The notes beneath the pieces were generated by a model that saw only the letters and a list, made by a program, of their open reading frames with translations, had not been told where the DNA came from and ran no database searches. 64,000 nt of DNA. Origin: Oikopleura dioica (Eukaryota > Animalia > Chordata). Made by a program: the position numbers and the translations under genes. The stretch spans positions 744,001 through 808,000 of the forward strand of contig OU015569.1 in assembly GCA_907165135.1 (NCBI GenBank), written 5' to 3'. Shown here piece by piece: positions 35,190-47,867 of the stretch (its first letter is position 1; each line of letters begins with the position of its first letter).

Positions 35190-38100
35190 TCAACAGAGGA
35201 GTCTGGGCTCGCCGAAGATCTTGCGGCAAATGTAGACGCGCTGGTTGGGCGTTTGGTCGTTGGAATTGCGCAGCTCTTTCGCGTGGTCCTGCAGGATCTC
35301 GTGCGCCTTCTGCCAGTAACGGTCGAAGAGGGAGAAGTCGATGTTGCGCTGGCCGACGGCGGCGACGAGCAAGAACTGCGCTTCCCGGTAGCACGAGCGG
35401 CGCGGCACCTTTTCTTTCGAATCCCGAGTCAGGCCTTCGCAGAGATAAAGCAGCTTCATCAGTGGCGTCTGACAGTCGTTCTGAATTCGAGTTCGTTTTT
35501 ATGGGAAAGTGACTCTTGTTTCTTACGTTTTTAATTGACTCGACGATGGTGATAAGGGTATCGCGCTTGATATGACTGTTGGAGACGAGCAGGCGGTTCT
35601 GCTGATCTTCTGGCTTCTGGAATTCCTTGAAAATGCGGTACAGTGGAGGGTAAGGAGTGGACTTGTTCGCCAGCGTCGAGTCCCAGTTCAGATACGTTCC
35701 CACTAAAATTCAAATCAAACAATGAAAAAAGTAAATATGAAATATAAAAGTTCTTCAAATAGCGACTTGACTTACCCACTGGTTTGAGTTCTTTCATGGA
35801 ATGCGATCCTGAGTCGTCGTCTTGCTCTTGTCGATTTAGCAGCGACGAGGCAGCGAGAAGCTGGTCAAGTGAGTGCTTGAGCTTCATCTTTTCGAACGCT
35901 AAATAAGATGATTGTAAATTTGGAGTTTGATAGACAAGGAATTTACCGTAGAAAAGATTCCAGAAGAGGATTTTGTGCGTCTCGATGAAGTCTTGCTCGC
36001 GGAGGATTTTCTCGCCATGGACAACTAGCAGCGTCTCGAGTTCCTTGCGAAGGACGATGGGCGAGAGGAACGTCATCGGCGGAATGCGCTTGTAAGTCAC
36101 TTTGCCGCGGCGATCTTCTATCAGCACTGACAGTTCGGGAACAGTTGTCTGAAAGGAAACATCAATATTTTGTCAGAAATCGGAGCGAGCGGCCAAAGAA
36201 CTCACGAAAAGATCATTGAGCGGAGTCTGAGCGGCCTTTCCGCTCGGTTCTGCTCAAAATTTGAGCGTTGAAGACTAATTTACAAGAAATGTAGACTCAT
36301 CGCTACTCTCATGGGAAACAAAGAGTTCGATATTAGATGATAAGCGAAATTGTCAAAGACGAGCCGTCGAAAATATGGCAATCATGGCAAATTGTTGTTG
36401 AGGAGAAGAGGTCACCTGAAATGGCAAACTACGCAAAATTTCTTTCATTTCAATTGGCTGTCAGAATTTTTTGAGCCGACGTAACTGATACCCACCTCCA
36501 TTTTTTAAAATAAAGTTCATTCACCGAAACTTTTTATTAGAATAAAAAAAACTGATATTTTCTAATTTTACGAAAATGGCGAGATCGGAGAAGAGCAATA
36601 ACATGGCGAAAAAAACATCGCACCGCAAGAAGAAAGTCGCGAAAGCTGCGCGGAACGCTGTGGCACAGAAAAATGACAAGGTCGCGAAGAAGACGAGACG
36701 AACTCCAGCTGTAATTGAGAAAAAACGACGAGGCAGGATCGAAGAATCGGACGAAGAGGAGGTACAGAGGGCGCCCGAGAAATTTGACGAAAACGCCGAG
36801 TGGGAGCTTGAGGTAAAGATCTTTTACTGAGGAAAAGGAATTAATCAATTTTATTTAGGCGCTCGGCGGACTTTCACTCGCTTGGGGAAGACGAAAAGTC
36901 CGACGAGATGATGGCACTATGGCAATTCAACACTACTTAAAGCCAGGTATGGAGACTAAGTATTACTCGAAAACTTAAAGAATTTCTAGAGGAAGAGCAT
37001 CGAATCTGGGTCAAGTGGACCGTCGCCTACAGTGATGGCAAATGCTGGTCGGCGGAGAAACAAGGTAAGATTATCACATGATTTTTTTCTCATTCTTTCT
37101 TTAGAAAACCTGGTGGGAGTCCTGCCGGAGAACAAGCGGAAGGCCCTGGAGGACCGAATGATTTACCCCTATCCATCCCGCCACGATGGTCCCGACTCTG
37201 GCTGGCAAGAACGAAAGGCGATCTGCGAAGTTCTTGGTTACATTCCCTGGCGGCCAAGAAACAGAACAAAAAGTGCCAAGTACAAGTTCTTCCCGGCAAC
37301 AGAGATGCCCGACGCTCAGCCCGAAATCGACGACACCGAAGAAGAAGAGTCGGATGAAGAGACCGACGAAGAATAGACTCTCCTTCCCTTACTGTTAGTT
37401 CACAACACACTTGCCTAATAAAAGCCATTTTTAATCTAACCAAAGTGTATCCTTTTTCTTGCTTCAAAACTTTGATTAGTAATCAATGATTACCTTTGGG
37501 CACCAGGGACAGTAAGTTCGCATGCAATTCGGGTCGCTCGTCCAGCCGGCCATGATTTCTTCTTCATACAGTGGCGTGCCACAGTTCGAGCATGTGCAGG
37601 CAGCTGACATTGTCACGAAAATATCAGGAGTAGAGAGGATCGTTGCTGATTTGACGCTTCCAGTTCCGTCCGATAAGGGCTTTTCCAGAGAGTTTGGTCT
37701 GAAATTAAATTGAACAACTGCGATATTTCAATAATCATTAGCTACTTACCTTACTCTCCTTCTCAGGGAGCTTCTCTTTGCGTCGTCTTCGTTGACACCC
37801 ATCGAGTCTTCGCTAGATCCCTCCTCTTGTTCGACCCCTTTTCCATCCATGTTATCCATCATTGTCTTTGCAGCTGCCGAGAAATTGTCCACGTACTTTT
37901 TCGAAACATCCTTCAAGTTGTTGTAACTTGGCGACGCTTTGACAGATTCGAAAGTGTCAGTAAAGGAGTCGACAGTATCCGTGATGGCCTTGGAAACCTT
38001 TGGCGACTGAAAGTATTTCATTGGCGAGCTGGTTCCAAGTTTTTCTGACATTTTTGAGAGACCAAGGTTGTCGACCGTGAAGGACTTGGAAAATGAACTG

Positions 38101-41100
38101 AGTCCCCAGCTTTTGGAAGCGACGGCTTTTGATTTAGGATGAGCTGCGATCAGGGGTGGAGAAGAAGATTTTGTCGGGGTTGCAGGAAGAGTCTTGGAAA
38201 GATTCGGGTTGGATTGGGAAACGGCAAAGCCCAGGTCCGGCCTGGGCAAACCAGACTCGACTCCTCCCTTGTCTCGATTTGAATCGTTCAAATTTAAAGT
38301 GTCGACGGAAAGTGCACTGGGCGAGTCTGTGCGCGGTTCAAAGACCTTTTCTTTCTCCGCTTCTTCGTTCGTAGTAACATGGAAGGCACCTTCGAGCGAG
38401 CGCGAGCTGCCTGTCTTTGCCGCTTGCATCGATGCGTGATTGAGGCCCATGTTCATGTTAAACTGATTCTCCGGCGCAGGACTTTGGAATCGACGGTAAC
38501 CTTCAACAGGTTCCATGAATGCGATCGTCGCCAAAACCGTGTTTTTCAACAATTTCCAAAGAGTGTATCCATCGCGAGCGTTCTCTGGCCATTTTGCCTC
38601 CAACAACACTTGATTGTAAAGCGCATAAGTGGCCGCGTTGATCTGAAGTCTGAGGACTTTCTTGGCAGCATTTAGGACCCGCACGGCTGTCATCGGTTTG
38701 TGATGGTCGAGACAAGAAGCGAGGATCATTCTCAAAGGCGCTTCGTCCGGAAGAGTGATGCGCTCCTGCCCCATCAGCTCCATCACTTTTAGACCTTCGC
38801 GAAAGGCGGCTGTTGCACTTGGCGCGGTCTTCGTATAAGTTGGAATGTACATGAGACTGAGTGCGTAGTAGTAAGAACGGAGTAACAGAGGCCAGAGGTT
38901 GTCGTCTCTCCAGTAGGTATCGGCAGTACTTCTGGCCATATCCAGCTCTTGGGGCGTTCGTTGACCAGCAGAGCTTTCCATCTTCTCGATTCGCTGCGTC
39001 GTGACTTCGACGACAGACTTTAGCGTAGTGGGAAACTCACTGTAAGCGATTTCGCCGTCGTCTTCAGGAGGAGGGACGATTTTCATTGTGTCTTCTTCGC
39101 TCGGCGTGCCAGCTTTTAATAAATGAATGGTTCCGGCGTTCTGTGGATTCCGTTCGATTAGATCTTGGCACTGGTCGAAGAACTCGTGCTGCTGGATGCC
39201 CACGTGGCCACCAGAGAAGGTTCTCGACTCGATGAATGCGCAAAAAGCCTGCGAGCTCGTCAGAGAGTCGTAGAATGTGCGACTGCTTTTGCTTGACCCA
39301 GCGTTCTTTGAAATAAAACCGGCGACGTCGAAGAGAACTTTTAGATCGGTTGTTTCTGTTGTTGGCTGGTGTCGAATCGGAAGCAAGAATGAACGGTACT
39401 TCCCGAGTAAATGGCACAAACAGCGAAGGAATGCTTGTCGTAGATCCAGTTCTATCTGCGCCCGATCGGACTCCGCTTCAGGATCATCTAATGTGTTGTA
39501 ATCCCCGCCACCACCGTTGAAATCGCTTCCTGCTCGTCCAACAGCTCGCAGTCGCGTTTCGATTTCTTTGACGGTGCTCATTAGGGGCTGGAGGAAACGC
39601 GCAGGAATGAGTTTGAACTTTTTGTCTTGATCAGGAATGGCTCCTCGATCGAGAGAAACCAGGTAGACCGCGGATTCGTCCGGAACATTATCCGGACATT
39701 CGAAATAGGTGCTGGAGACGCCCATAAGTAAGGGAGTAGGGGACTCGATAATGCACGCTAGAAATAAGTTGATTAAGCCCTTGCTTCTTAGTTATTTTGT
39801 TACCTAATTCGATGGGACAAAGAGGTATAAAAGGACATTGCCACTGAAGAGGGAAAATGAGGTTGGCGACAGCTTCTACCGCCGGCGTTAATTCTTGAAG
39901 ATGGAGGGAGTGGACACAAATTCGCTGCTGCGTCAGAACTGCGTGAAAGAGGGAGATCATCCGCTCCGAGCCCAAGTGCCACAACAACGAGCTGTTCAAA
40001 AGTGACCATGGGGAAGTTCAAGTAGAAGTTTTAACTTGAAAATTTAGCAGATTTTGAACGAGATAAGTAAGAAAATGTATCACTGTTTCCTGAAACTAGC
40101 GCCGCTGGGCGGCAAGGGGCGAAATCGAGGAAGCGAGAGGTGAATCTCGTGGTGGATGGAGAGGTGAGCGTGAATACGGGGACATCTGGGCGAGGGAAAG
40201 GGTAGACTCATGAATTGCGAGATATGGCGCTCGAGGGACACTTTCTGCACCGAGTTTGAAATCGTCATTTGATACAGGAACTTGAGGAAGGCCTCGAAGG
40301 CGTTGAAGAAAGGATGCTGCGCGAAGCTCGACAAATTCGAATTCTTGTTGATAAATTTTAAAAGAAAAATGATTTTTTCATATTTTGGCGAGCATTTCCT
40401 TTGATAGAAGACAAATGGCTTTGGACACGAAGATTTCTTTCTCCTCGGCGCCTGGGACGGGCTCGTTGTTGCCCGCGTTGAGGCCGAGGCGGCGGCGTTG
40501 CGATTCTTTCAGCAGCGCCTTGTCGAACTTTTCAAGAAAGACCAGCGATGCGCCGTAAATCTTTTCCGAAGTTTCTGTTGTCAAAACGAACGTACTAAAC
40601 AAGGCTTTTGATACAGAAATTGAAGAAAAACTAACTCGTCTACCATCAATCAGATCTTTCCTTTTTATTCATAATTGAAAGCCCTGTTCCTAAACTGAGG
40701 ATTCGAGTTAATTTCGCCATGTTGATCAGTGTCCCAGCTCTCGAGGCTGGCGCCGGAGGGCAGGGCGAAGATAGGCACAGAGTTGACCCAGGGCGCCATT
40801 GGCACATCTGCATGGTCTTCCTTCGGCAATCGGGCAAGCAAATCGGCCCGATAGCTCGCTCTGTTCACCGACTTCGGCGACAACTTGTAAGTGAGAAAGA
40901 CACCGGAGCCGACCATGCCGAGATTGAGGTTCTGCGGGCAACGGACGAAGCCGAGCGGGTCTTGCTCGCCCTTGGAAGGAATCACTACTGCCAGCTCTGA
41001 CACGACGAAGGGCGAGTAGCTGTCGCGGTGGAGGCGGAGATAGAGTGGCGTCGCATTGAAGGACGTGCTGAATAATTTTTGAATTCTGAAAGAAGGGAAT

Positions 41101-41576
41101 GCTCACGTGTTGTTGATGTTGGCGGAGCGGGAGTGGGGCGTCCGTCTAATCACTTCGCCCTTGGCCTGCTCGCCCTGGACGACGTCGACGCGCACGATTG
41201 GAGGCTTATCTTTCCCGCGCCTGATGCAGATGTACATGCACGGCGCGTTGAAGCTCCCATGGTTGAGATCAGCTGGCAAGCCACCGACTGTCTTGTCGAC
41301 TAGGGTGTACCCGTGTGGCACGGACTCCTGCTCGTTGGCATTTAAAACGACGACGTCGCAGATCGGATCTGGAATTAAATGAAATCAACAACGAGTACGC
41401 TTGATTTTCAGCATTAGAAATACTTTCGTAACAATCAGAATTCCATCAAAATTAGATTGGAATAGAAAAGACTTACCATTTTTGGAGGATTCTCCTGGGA
41501 GTCTCAAGCTCTCTGCATTTTTCGGGTTGAAGCCGGCGACGACGAAGTAATCCGCGACCCGATTCTGTACTGGCAT
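35190..41576 (-). CDS. DENND4: DENN domain protein 4 (Crag-like Rab GEF): MABP-uDENN-DENN-dDENN-PPR and C-terminal region
   Basis: RVADYFVVAG, GYTLVDKTVGGLPADLNHGS..MYICIRRG (MABP), LIFPLQWQCPFIPLCP, QAFLRCLCHLLGKYRSFL, INAATYALYNQVLLEAKWP, EEEIMAGWTSD..CPWC, FLSPIVLRKELETLL..HKILFWNL. Confidence 0.93.
36576..37376 (+). CDS. Nested antisense 4-exon gene encoding a basic N-terminus, divergent chromodomain-like segment and acidic tail
   Basis: Three canonical GT-AG introns keep the frame. EWELEAL...RIWVKWTVAYSDGKCWSAEKQENL resembles the chromo pattern YEVEKI..YLVKWKGY..TWEPEENL. Confidence 0.75.
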
Positions 41577-42914
41577 CGCATCCTAAACGAGACCCAATTT
41601 AGAAAAAAGGAACAAGAAAAACGCCACTTGCGAAGTGAGAATCGAGATAATCGAGAAATGCCCGACAAGTGCTGAATTTCCTGATCTCTCGCGCGACTAT
41701 CAAAACAAGAAAATACTTTCAAATTTTTTCCAATTTGAAATCAGACGGATTTCAATTTGAAGAAAGAGAGAGACTTTTCAATCGCAGCCAGTCATGTGAC
41801 ACTTCTCGTCTATCTCAAGTCTCTTTGAAGCTTTCCAGGCGGAATAGACACCGGGGATGAAAATATGGTAAAAATCAATGTTGATTCTATTTCTAGCAAA
41901 CTTCTATTTCTACGTAATCTATTTGAAGATGGCGAGCTCTCGATAAGACCAACAGAATTCTCATGCTCAAGTCTGAATGTCAACTTTGGTTGCCAATATC
42001 GATGGATTAAGGGTATCCCAATGAAACACGATTTGCACCATGTTTCTTTACAAAGCGAAATGGAAGGGATACCCTTAAATTTCTGGACATCTTTGAATAT
42101 GAAAAGTTTTAAATAAGGGTGTACCCTTAAGTTCTGATGAAAATTGATTGATAAAGAATGATAACGATAAGGAGAATGAGAATAAGAAGAATCACTTGGC
42201 TACTTTCTCGGGAGCTCGTTTCCAATAAAGAAATGTTTAGCTTTGAATGTAGGCTACTGTAAAAAGCGTATTTACCACTAAATGAGAAAATCACCCTAAT
42301 TCACCAAATGAAAATCGAATTTTCAAATTGTGACTTTTTCGTCAAATACTTTTTCAAGAATGGGCGGCCACTCCCAGTACGGCCACTCGCCGCGGAACAT
42401 TGCTCCTCTAGAATTCCTCTAGAATTCACCAGAGTCTTATTTTTGATGAAAACGCGTTTTTCCTATGAAAATTGACAATTTCAATTTTTCGCGCAATATT
42501 TAATTTTCGTCGAATCGTAACTTTTTTTTTCGTCGTAAATTTGGCAGGTTCTTTTGTCTTCTTTTTTGATTTCCCTCTTTACCTTATTCTGGCGACTTTT
42601 GGTGAATTACTTTTCGAACTCTTCAATTCCGAAATTCATTCTCTTCTTTCAAAAAAAGGGTTGGAAATTGAAATTATTCCCGGCCGAAACGCGCGCCCGT
42701 CCGAACTGAGAGGCGCTGACTCATCGCGCCTGATTCATCTCTCCCCGATTACGCACACTTCTCCCATTCAAAAAACTACTACGTCGTGGATTTCAAAGAA
42801 TACTGTACTGAATCAGTACTACTGATACTGTTGCAGTACAGTGCAAAAGTAAATTGACAGTTAAATTTATCGGAAAATTGGTTTGATTCAAGATTATTTA
42901 TTAAATCAAAATGA

Positions 42915-43075
42915 CTTCTGAAAATCGAGAAGCCGCCATTTTTGCGGCTTCGCGTAAGACAAAACCAAAGCCGCACGAAGCGCGGCTTTTCCTTGTTCTG
43001 GGCTCGATATTCTAAGTCAATACGAGAACCTGACACAGGCTTTTTACTCAGGTTGCTGAGCCTGGAACAAGGAAA
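42915..43075. mobile_element. Composite AAGCCGC/CCTGA palindromic element remnant in the divergent DENND4/RRM intergenic region
   Basis: ctgaaaatcgagaagccgcc...gcggcttcg...aaagccgcacgaagcgcggctttt, followed by cctgacacagg..ctcaggttgc. Confidence 0.7.
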
Positions 43076-43379
43076 AGCCGCGCTTTCTGCGGCTAAAATT
43101 TCGCCTTACTCAAAGCCGCAAGCGGCCTTTACCGCGGCCTTTACCGCGAAAAGGCGAAATTTCTGACTGATTTTCTTGTTGTTTTCGAGTTTTCGAAACA
43201 AAAATCGAAAATGTTCTAGATTGCCGCGCTGCAAAAAGTTGTCGCCAGAAAACAACTGCCAGTTGCACTCAACGCGCAGTGAGACTAAGAGGTAAGTTCT
43301 GGTTATTTAAACGCTGTAGATTTCATTTTTGCGAACTTCAATGTTCGAAAACAGTGTTTTTCGTCAATTTTGGTCGGAA

Positions 43380-43460
43380 ATAGAGTATTTCGCGGCAAGA
43401 GCGCCTGGCTAAGTGGCCAATCAGGAGGATTTTTTTTCGACTGGGGCCACGTGCGCCGCA
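43380..43460 (+). promoter_or_regulatory. Possible promoter elements (CCAAT box, E2F-like TTTCGCGG) upstream of the RRM gene
   Basis: tttcgcggc at about 43389 and ggccaatcagg at about 43414. Motif match only. Confidence 0.3.
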
Positions 43461-43567
43461 CAATGGACATTTTTAGCGCTAGAATTGATCAATTAACAAA
43501 TAAATAAGCTTTTGAAGGATTATTTAAGATATCTGTAACGAATTTCGGAGCTACTTTTCGATTGAAA

Positions 43568-45341
43568 ATGAGACCAAAGGGCGAATCTTCTGAAGAAAAC
43601 AACCGAATGCTCTGCCGTCAATTGGTAAGTCCCTGATCTGGAAACCTGTATGGAAAACCTGACTCAGGGTTCTGAAAGAGCTTAATCCTTCGCGGTTTTT
43701 TAAAGATTTTTCAGGACCCTGACTCAGGTTTTCTACACAGGTTGCCAAGGCCAGTCCGTGATTCTGCCAGCTATTTCTTTTGAATCAAAACCGGGCTCGG
43801 CAACTTGAGTAAAAACCTGAGCCAGTGTTCTGAAAGAGCTTCAACAGCCGAGGAAGCTCTTTCAAGAACCTGAGTCAGGATTTCTACACAGGTTGCCGAG
43901 AACCACGATCCGTGATTGTATCAACTATTTCTTTAGTTTGTCGGTCTGATTCCTGGCTCATGGACGCACGAAAACCTCTGCAAGCACATCTGCGAGTACC
44001 TCCACATCCCACTTGACAAAGCCGAACAAGAGATTCACTTCGACAGGAAAATCTCTAACAAAGATTCCGGGACGAAGAAGAGTAAGTGTCTTTTACGAAG
44101 GAAAGGATGTTCTAACTGCATTTTAGAAATCGCGTTTCTCCGATTTGCGAAACCGATGATCCACAAAAAAGCACTTGATAAAGCGACTTTCAAGGGCAGC
44201 CCAGTTGTTCTCAACATCAAGGTCAGTTTTTGAAGCAAATTTCTGGTTCGGTAACCTGTGTAGAAAACCTGAGTCAGGGTCCTAAAAGAGAGCGAAAAGC
44301 CGCGCTGCAATTCAATCTCTTTCAAGACCCTGACTCAGGTTTTCTTGACAGGGTGCCGAACTCAGGAAAATTTTAAAAGGCCACTTTTATAATTCCCGTT
44401 TTTAATCTTTTTTTTAAGGAATCCAATCAAGAGGATTTGAAGCGAAAACTCTTCATCGGCAAGCTGAGCGATCACGTGACAGTAGACGATGTTGAAAAAC
44501 TTATTTCCAAGATCTCTCCCGAGGCGGCAAAGTACATCGAGAATAACTTCCCCCAGGTTCCCGAGAAGAGCGAAGGAAAGCCGAAAATCGCTTTCATCCA
44601 GTTTGAAAACCACCACGCCGCGTACTGCGTCAAAGGTAAAGATCTTCGTTTAAATCAACAAGGACAGCCTCATTTTTTCCTTTTTAGAGGCGCTCAAGCG
44701 AGTGCTCCAGCACCCCCGGCCAGATGTAATCTCCTTGTTGGAGCACATGTGCCGCCCTGGCGCCAAGCTCCGGGATGTAGTTGAATCCGTCAGCTACTAC
44801 AAACGAAGCAAGAACGATACTCTCTTCGGCCCCAACGCTTCCGGCTCTGTTCGATCGCTCAACACGAACAAGAGCAACATGGAGTTTTGGTACCAAGAGA
44901 GCAAAACCAGCGTGACGATTCACATCCGAAAAGATCACGCAATCAGAAGCGTCACCATTCCCGGTAATTCTATAAATCTGATCGAAAAACTAGCCTTTAT
45001 TTAGCCAAGGACATCAAGAAGAAGCCCCACCACTTGATCCCAGCCCGTGGCGCTACTATCGAGTACCGAGAAATGGTCCCTGGCTTCTCCGAGATGAGCC
45101 TCCACTCCAGCAGCTCTTTTGCTCGACATTTCAACACGAGCTCGCTCTACTCAGCCCCTGGACCAGGAACGGTTCATTTTTCGCTTCCTTTCCCCCTTTT
45201 TTCCAAAAAATGAACCTGGAAAAAGCTCGCCAGTCTAACACTGGAGGCTCGCGGCTGCGAAACTCTGTGAGCGCTCAGAATCATCAATCGATGCTCCAGC
45301 AGTCTCACACCTCCTTCCATAGCCTCCACCATCCCTTCTAA
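43568..45341 (+). CDS. RNA-binding protein with two RRMs (loosely hnRNP R/Q / A1CF / DND1-like)
   Basis: FVGLIPGSWT..KIAFLRF (RRM1); RKLFIGKLSDHVTVDDVEKLI..KPKIAFIQFENHHAAYCVK (RRM2). Later exons splice in frame to ...HSLHHPF*. First junction unresolved. Confidence 0.8.
43640..44362. mobile_element. Three short MITE family A copies in RRM-gene introns (43640-43752, 43791-43884, 44244-44362)
   Basis: Each has paired cctgagtcagg/cctgactcagg and ggttgccga ends. Confidence 0.8.
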
Positions 45342-45740
45342 GGCTCAACGTTTTCTTTTATGTATTTTATATCTGCAAAATCGACATTTATTTTTTATAT
45401 CCAAATGAATATATATTTATTGCTACACTATTAGTAAGCAGATCTTTCTCTGTATCTTTCAATACGTAATATGGAAAAATATTTCGGTAACCTCATTTCT
45501 GGCTAGTGTTAGGGGAGTTCCAAGGGGGCGAAGCCCCCTGGGTTAGGTGTTAGGGCTAGGAACTAAGTACTTTTACTTTAGGGGGGTTAGGGTTAGGTTT
45601 TAGGGAAAAACTAAAAGTCTCTTCCAGGAAGAGGCTTCCTACTGTACCGAAATATTTATCCCTACTACCTTTGAATAGGAAGCAGAGAAAGCGTATTCCT
45701 TCTTTTATTTTGTCAATCAAATCATGATCAGAAATTCTAT

Positions 45741-45900
45741 TATTTTGGTTCGATTCAATAACTAAGGAAGGTAAGCTCGACAGGGGATTCCTGCAGCAGA
45801 TATTCTACGCGGGATATGTATCTGCGAGGTACAAGGAGTTCTCTAGCGCCCTCTTTTGGACAAAAATTGGATATAAACAACTCAAAATCAGAAACTACAT
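45741..45900 (+). repeat. Local repeat copy 1 of 3 (others at about 47868-48050 and 49020-49200)
   Basis: Shared ttttggttcgattcaataacta...cagat(g/a)ttct(t/a)cgcgggatat...gccctcttttgg(a/g)caaaaa. Confidence 0.85.
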
Positions 45901-46099
45901 GCCTCTGATTTTAACCTTTTTAAAATGAGTAAGCTCTAGTTTAGGCACAAGTAGTGGCTCTCGGGGCAGGCTACCCCGGGTAGCTTGAATACTGAAAATT
46001 ATCTACCTGTGAGAAAATAAAGAATTAAAACTTATTCTATAAGTAAAGTTTTATTTTATTCAGAAGATGTTATCTAGATGTAGCAGTCAGACAGCAGTG

Positions 46100-47683
46100 A
46101 TAGTAAGCTCGCAAAGAGTCGCAGTCGTATCCCAACGCTTGAGCTTCAGTTTTCCTTCTTCCGATTCCTCCGCATGCAAATTCTAAAACAGTCAATTTAG
46201 CTGACTTTTCTGAAAATAACACTGACCGGCATCGACATTGGAAACTCCGAAACCGGTCCAGATTCCGGCTCGTCCGCAGAGAGTTGATTTAGGTGGTAGG
46301 TGCTCGTACTCTTGCTCATTTTTCGAATCTTGTTGATCTCCTCGCTCAGTTCGGCTGGAATTGTCTTGCTTTGCGGAAACGGCGGAGACGGTGGTTCAGA
46401 TTCCAGCGCCGAGTCTGACTTCACTCGCCACAAATTCGCCGCTGAAAAGAGGAATCAACGAGGAGAATAATAATTTGCGAATTCTTACCAGTGTTTTTTC
46501 GAATTTGCCTGAACCGCCGACTTCCACTTCTCTTCTGAACATATCGTCTTCGCACATCTCGTCGATCGAAGCTCCCGAATCCTTCGTCTTCCTGTTCGTT
46601 TTCTTCATTCTCCTTCTCGTTGCTGTCTCTTTTCTTTTTCACAACCAGTAGTCGCTCTTTCATCTAAAAAACCATTCAAGAAATCCTCCCATTTCTCGGT
46701 CCTTTACCTTTACAAGGCCATTCCAAACTCTTCTTGAAAAAGAATTGCTCTTCAATTTCTTCGGTTGTTTTTCCTTCACTTCAATTTTATCTAAAAAAAC
46801 GTTGAGAACAATTTTTTTCCATCAAAAATACCTGTAACTCGAACTCTCCGTGGCCTCTCTCTGTTGCATCCAAAGTCTGGCGTGTAGCAGCCAGGCCGGA
46901 CGAATGCCTTGACCTTCTCGTTTTCTTCCGCGTAGTACTTCATCTGCTCGACCCACCAGAACGCTTTGAGATACTCTTTTCCTTCAAGTCGCGAGTACTT
47001 TTTTCCAGGTCACGTGATTTGATCAACATTTCAGCTGAGATAGCCATAAATTACACTTGAGAAGCCGCTTGGGGCTTCCAGACAAAATAAACTCTAGACG
47101 CGCTTCGCGCGGCTTTTTTTTATATTTTTGGCTCGAAGCCGCAAGCGGCTTCTCGAGCTTTATTAATGGCTATACTCACCTGATGATCAGGCTTGATCTT
47201 ATGGTGACCCTTTCCTTGAGCCCTTCGTACCATTCCGCATGCGTCTTTGGTTTGCAGAGTCGAAACAACTTCTGGAGTCGCTCATTTACTGCCTCGCCTT
47301 CGAAAGCTGAAAAGATCGGCCATGGATGTTGCTGGTCGAGGGGCGGTTCAAACTCAAGCAGGAATTGGAGATCTTCCTCGTTGGACAGCTCGATCGCAAG
47401 GTGAATGATTCCCTTTCCGGAAGACTCGATGGGGACCGTCAAAAGCTGCCCTGAAATGCGAAATAAATAATCTGCAAGTGATCTATTAAACGAACCTTTT
47501 ATATCTCTCGCTTTTCTCTGCATTTCGCATAATCGCCTGTCCAGAATCAATTCGACGCCTAAACACGATTACTCCTCCCTCAACCCTCTCGACTGCACCT
47601 GAGATCGGCAACGCAATGGAAATTATACCGTGAAGTAGCTGCTTCTCTTGCTCTGAAAAAACTGCCTTTCTCGGGAGTGACAT
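46100..47683 (-). CDS. One or two hypothetical genes; N-terminal part possibly PH-like; junction at 47035 not resolved
   Basis: Open exons 47200-47680, 46830-47000, 46710-46790, 46490-46663 and 46200-46443. The last three splice in frame, but the 47179/47035 junction yields an immediate stop. Confidence 0.5.
47035..47179 (-). mobile_element. Foldback element coinciding with a GT-AG intron-like segment
   Basis: On the minus strand GTGAGTATAGCCATTAAT ... ATTTATGGCTATCTCAG are inverted repeats, with an AAGCCGC core inside. Confidence 0.7.
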
Positions 47684-47867
47684 TTTTAATTTTTCAAAAA
47701 AGTGGAGATTTTAACCTGCTGCGGCTCGTTTTTAAAGGCTCCACGGCCCGAAAAAAATCTCGTCTATGTTTTTAAATGTCGTTCAGACAATTTATTTTTT
47801 GATGAAGTAAATAGGCCATTTTTTGGTTTCGACTCTGATAATGATGAATTAGAGGGCTAGAACTTCT

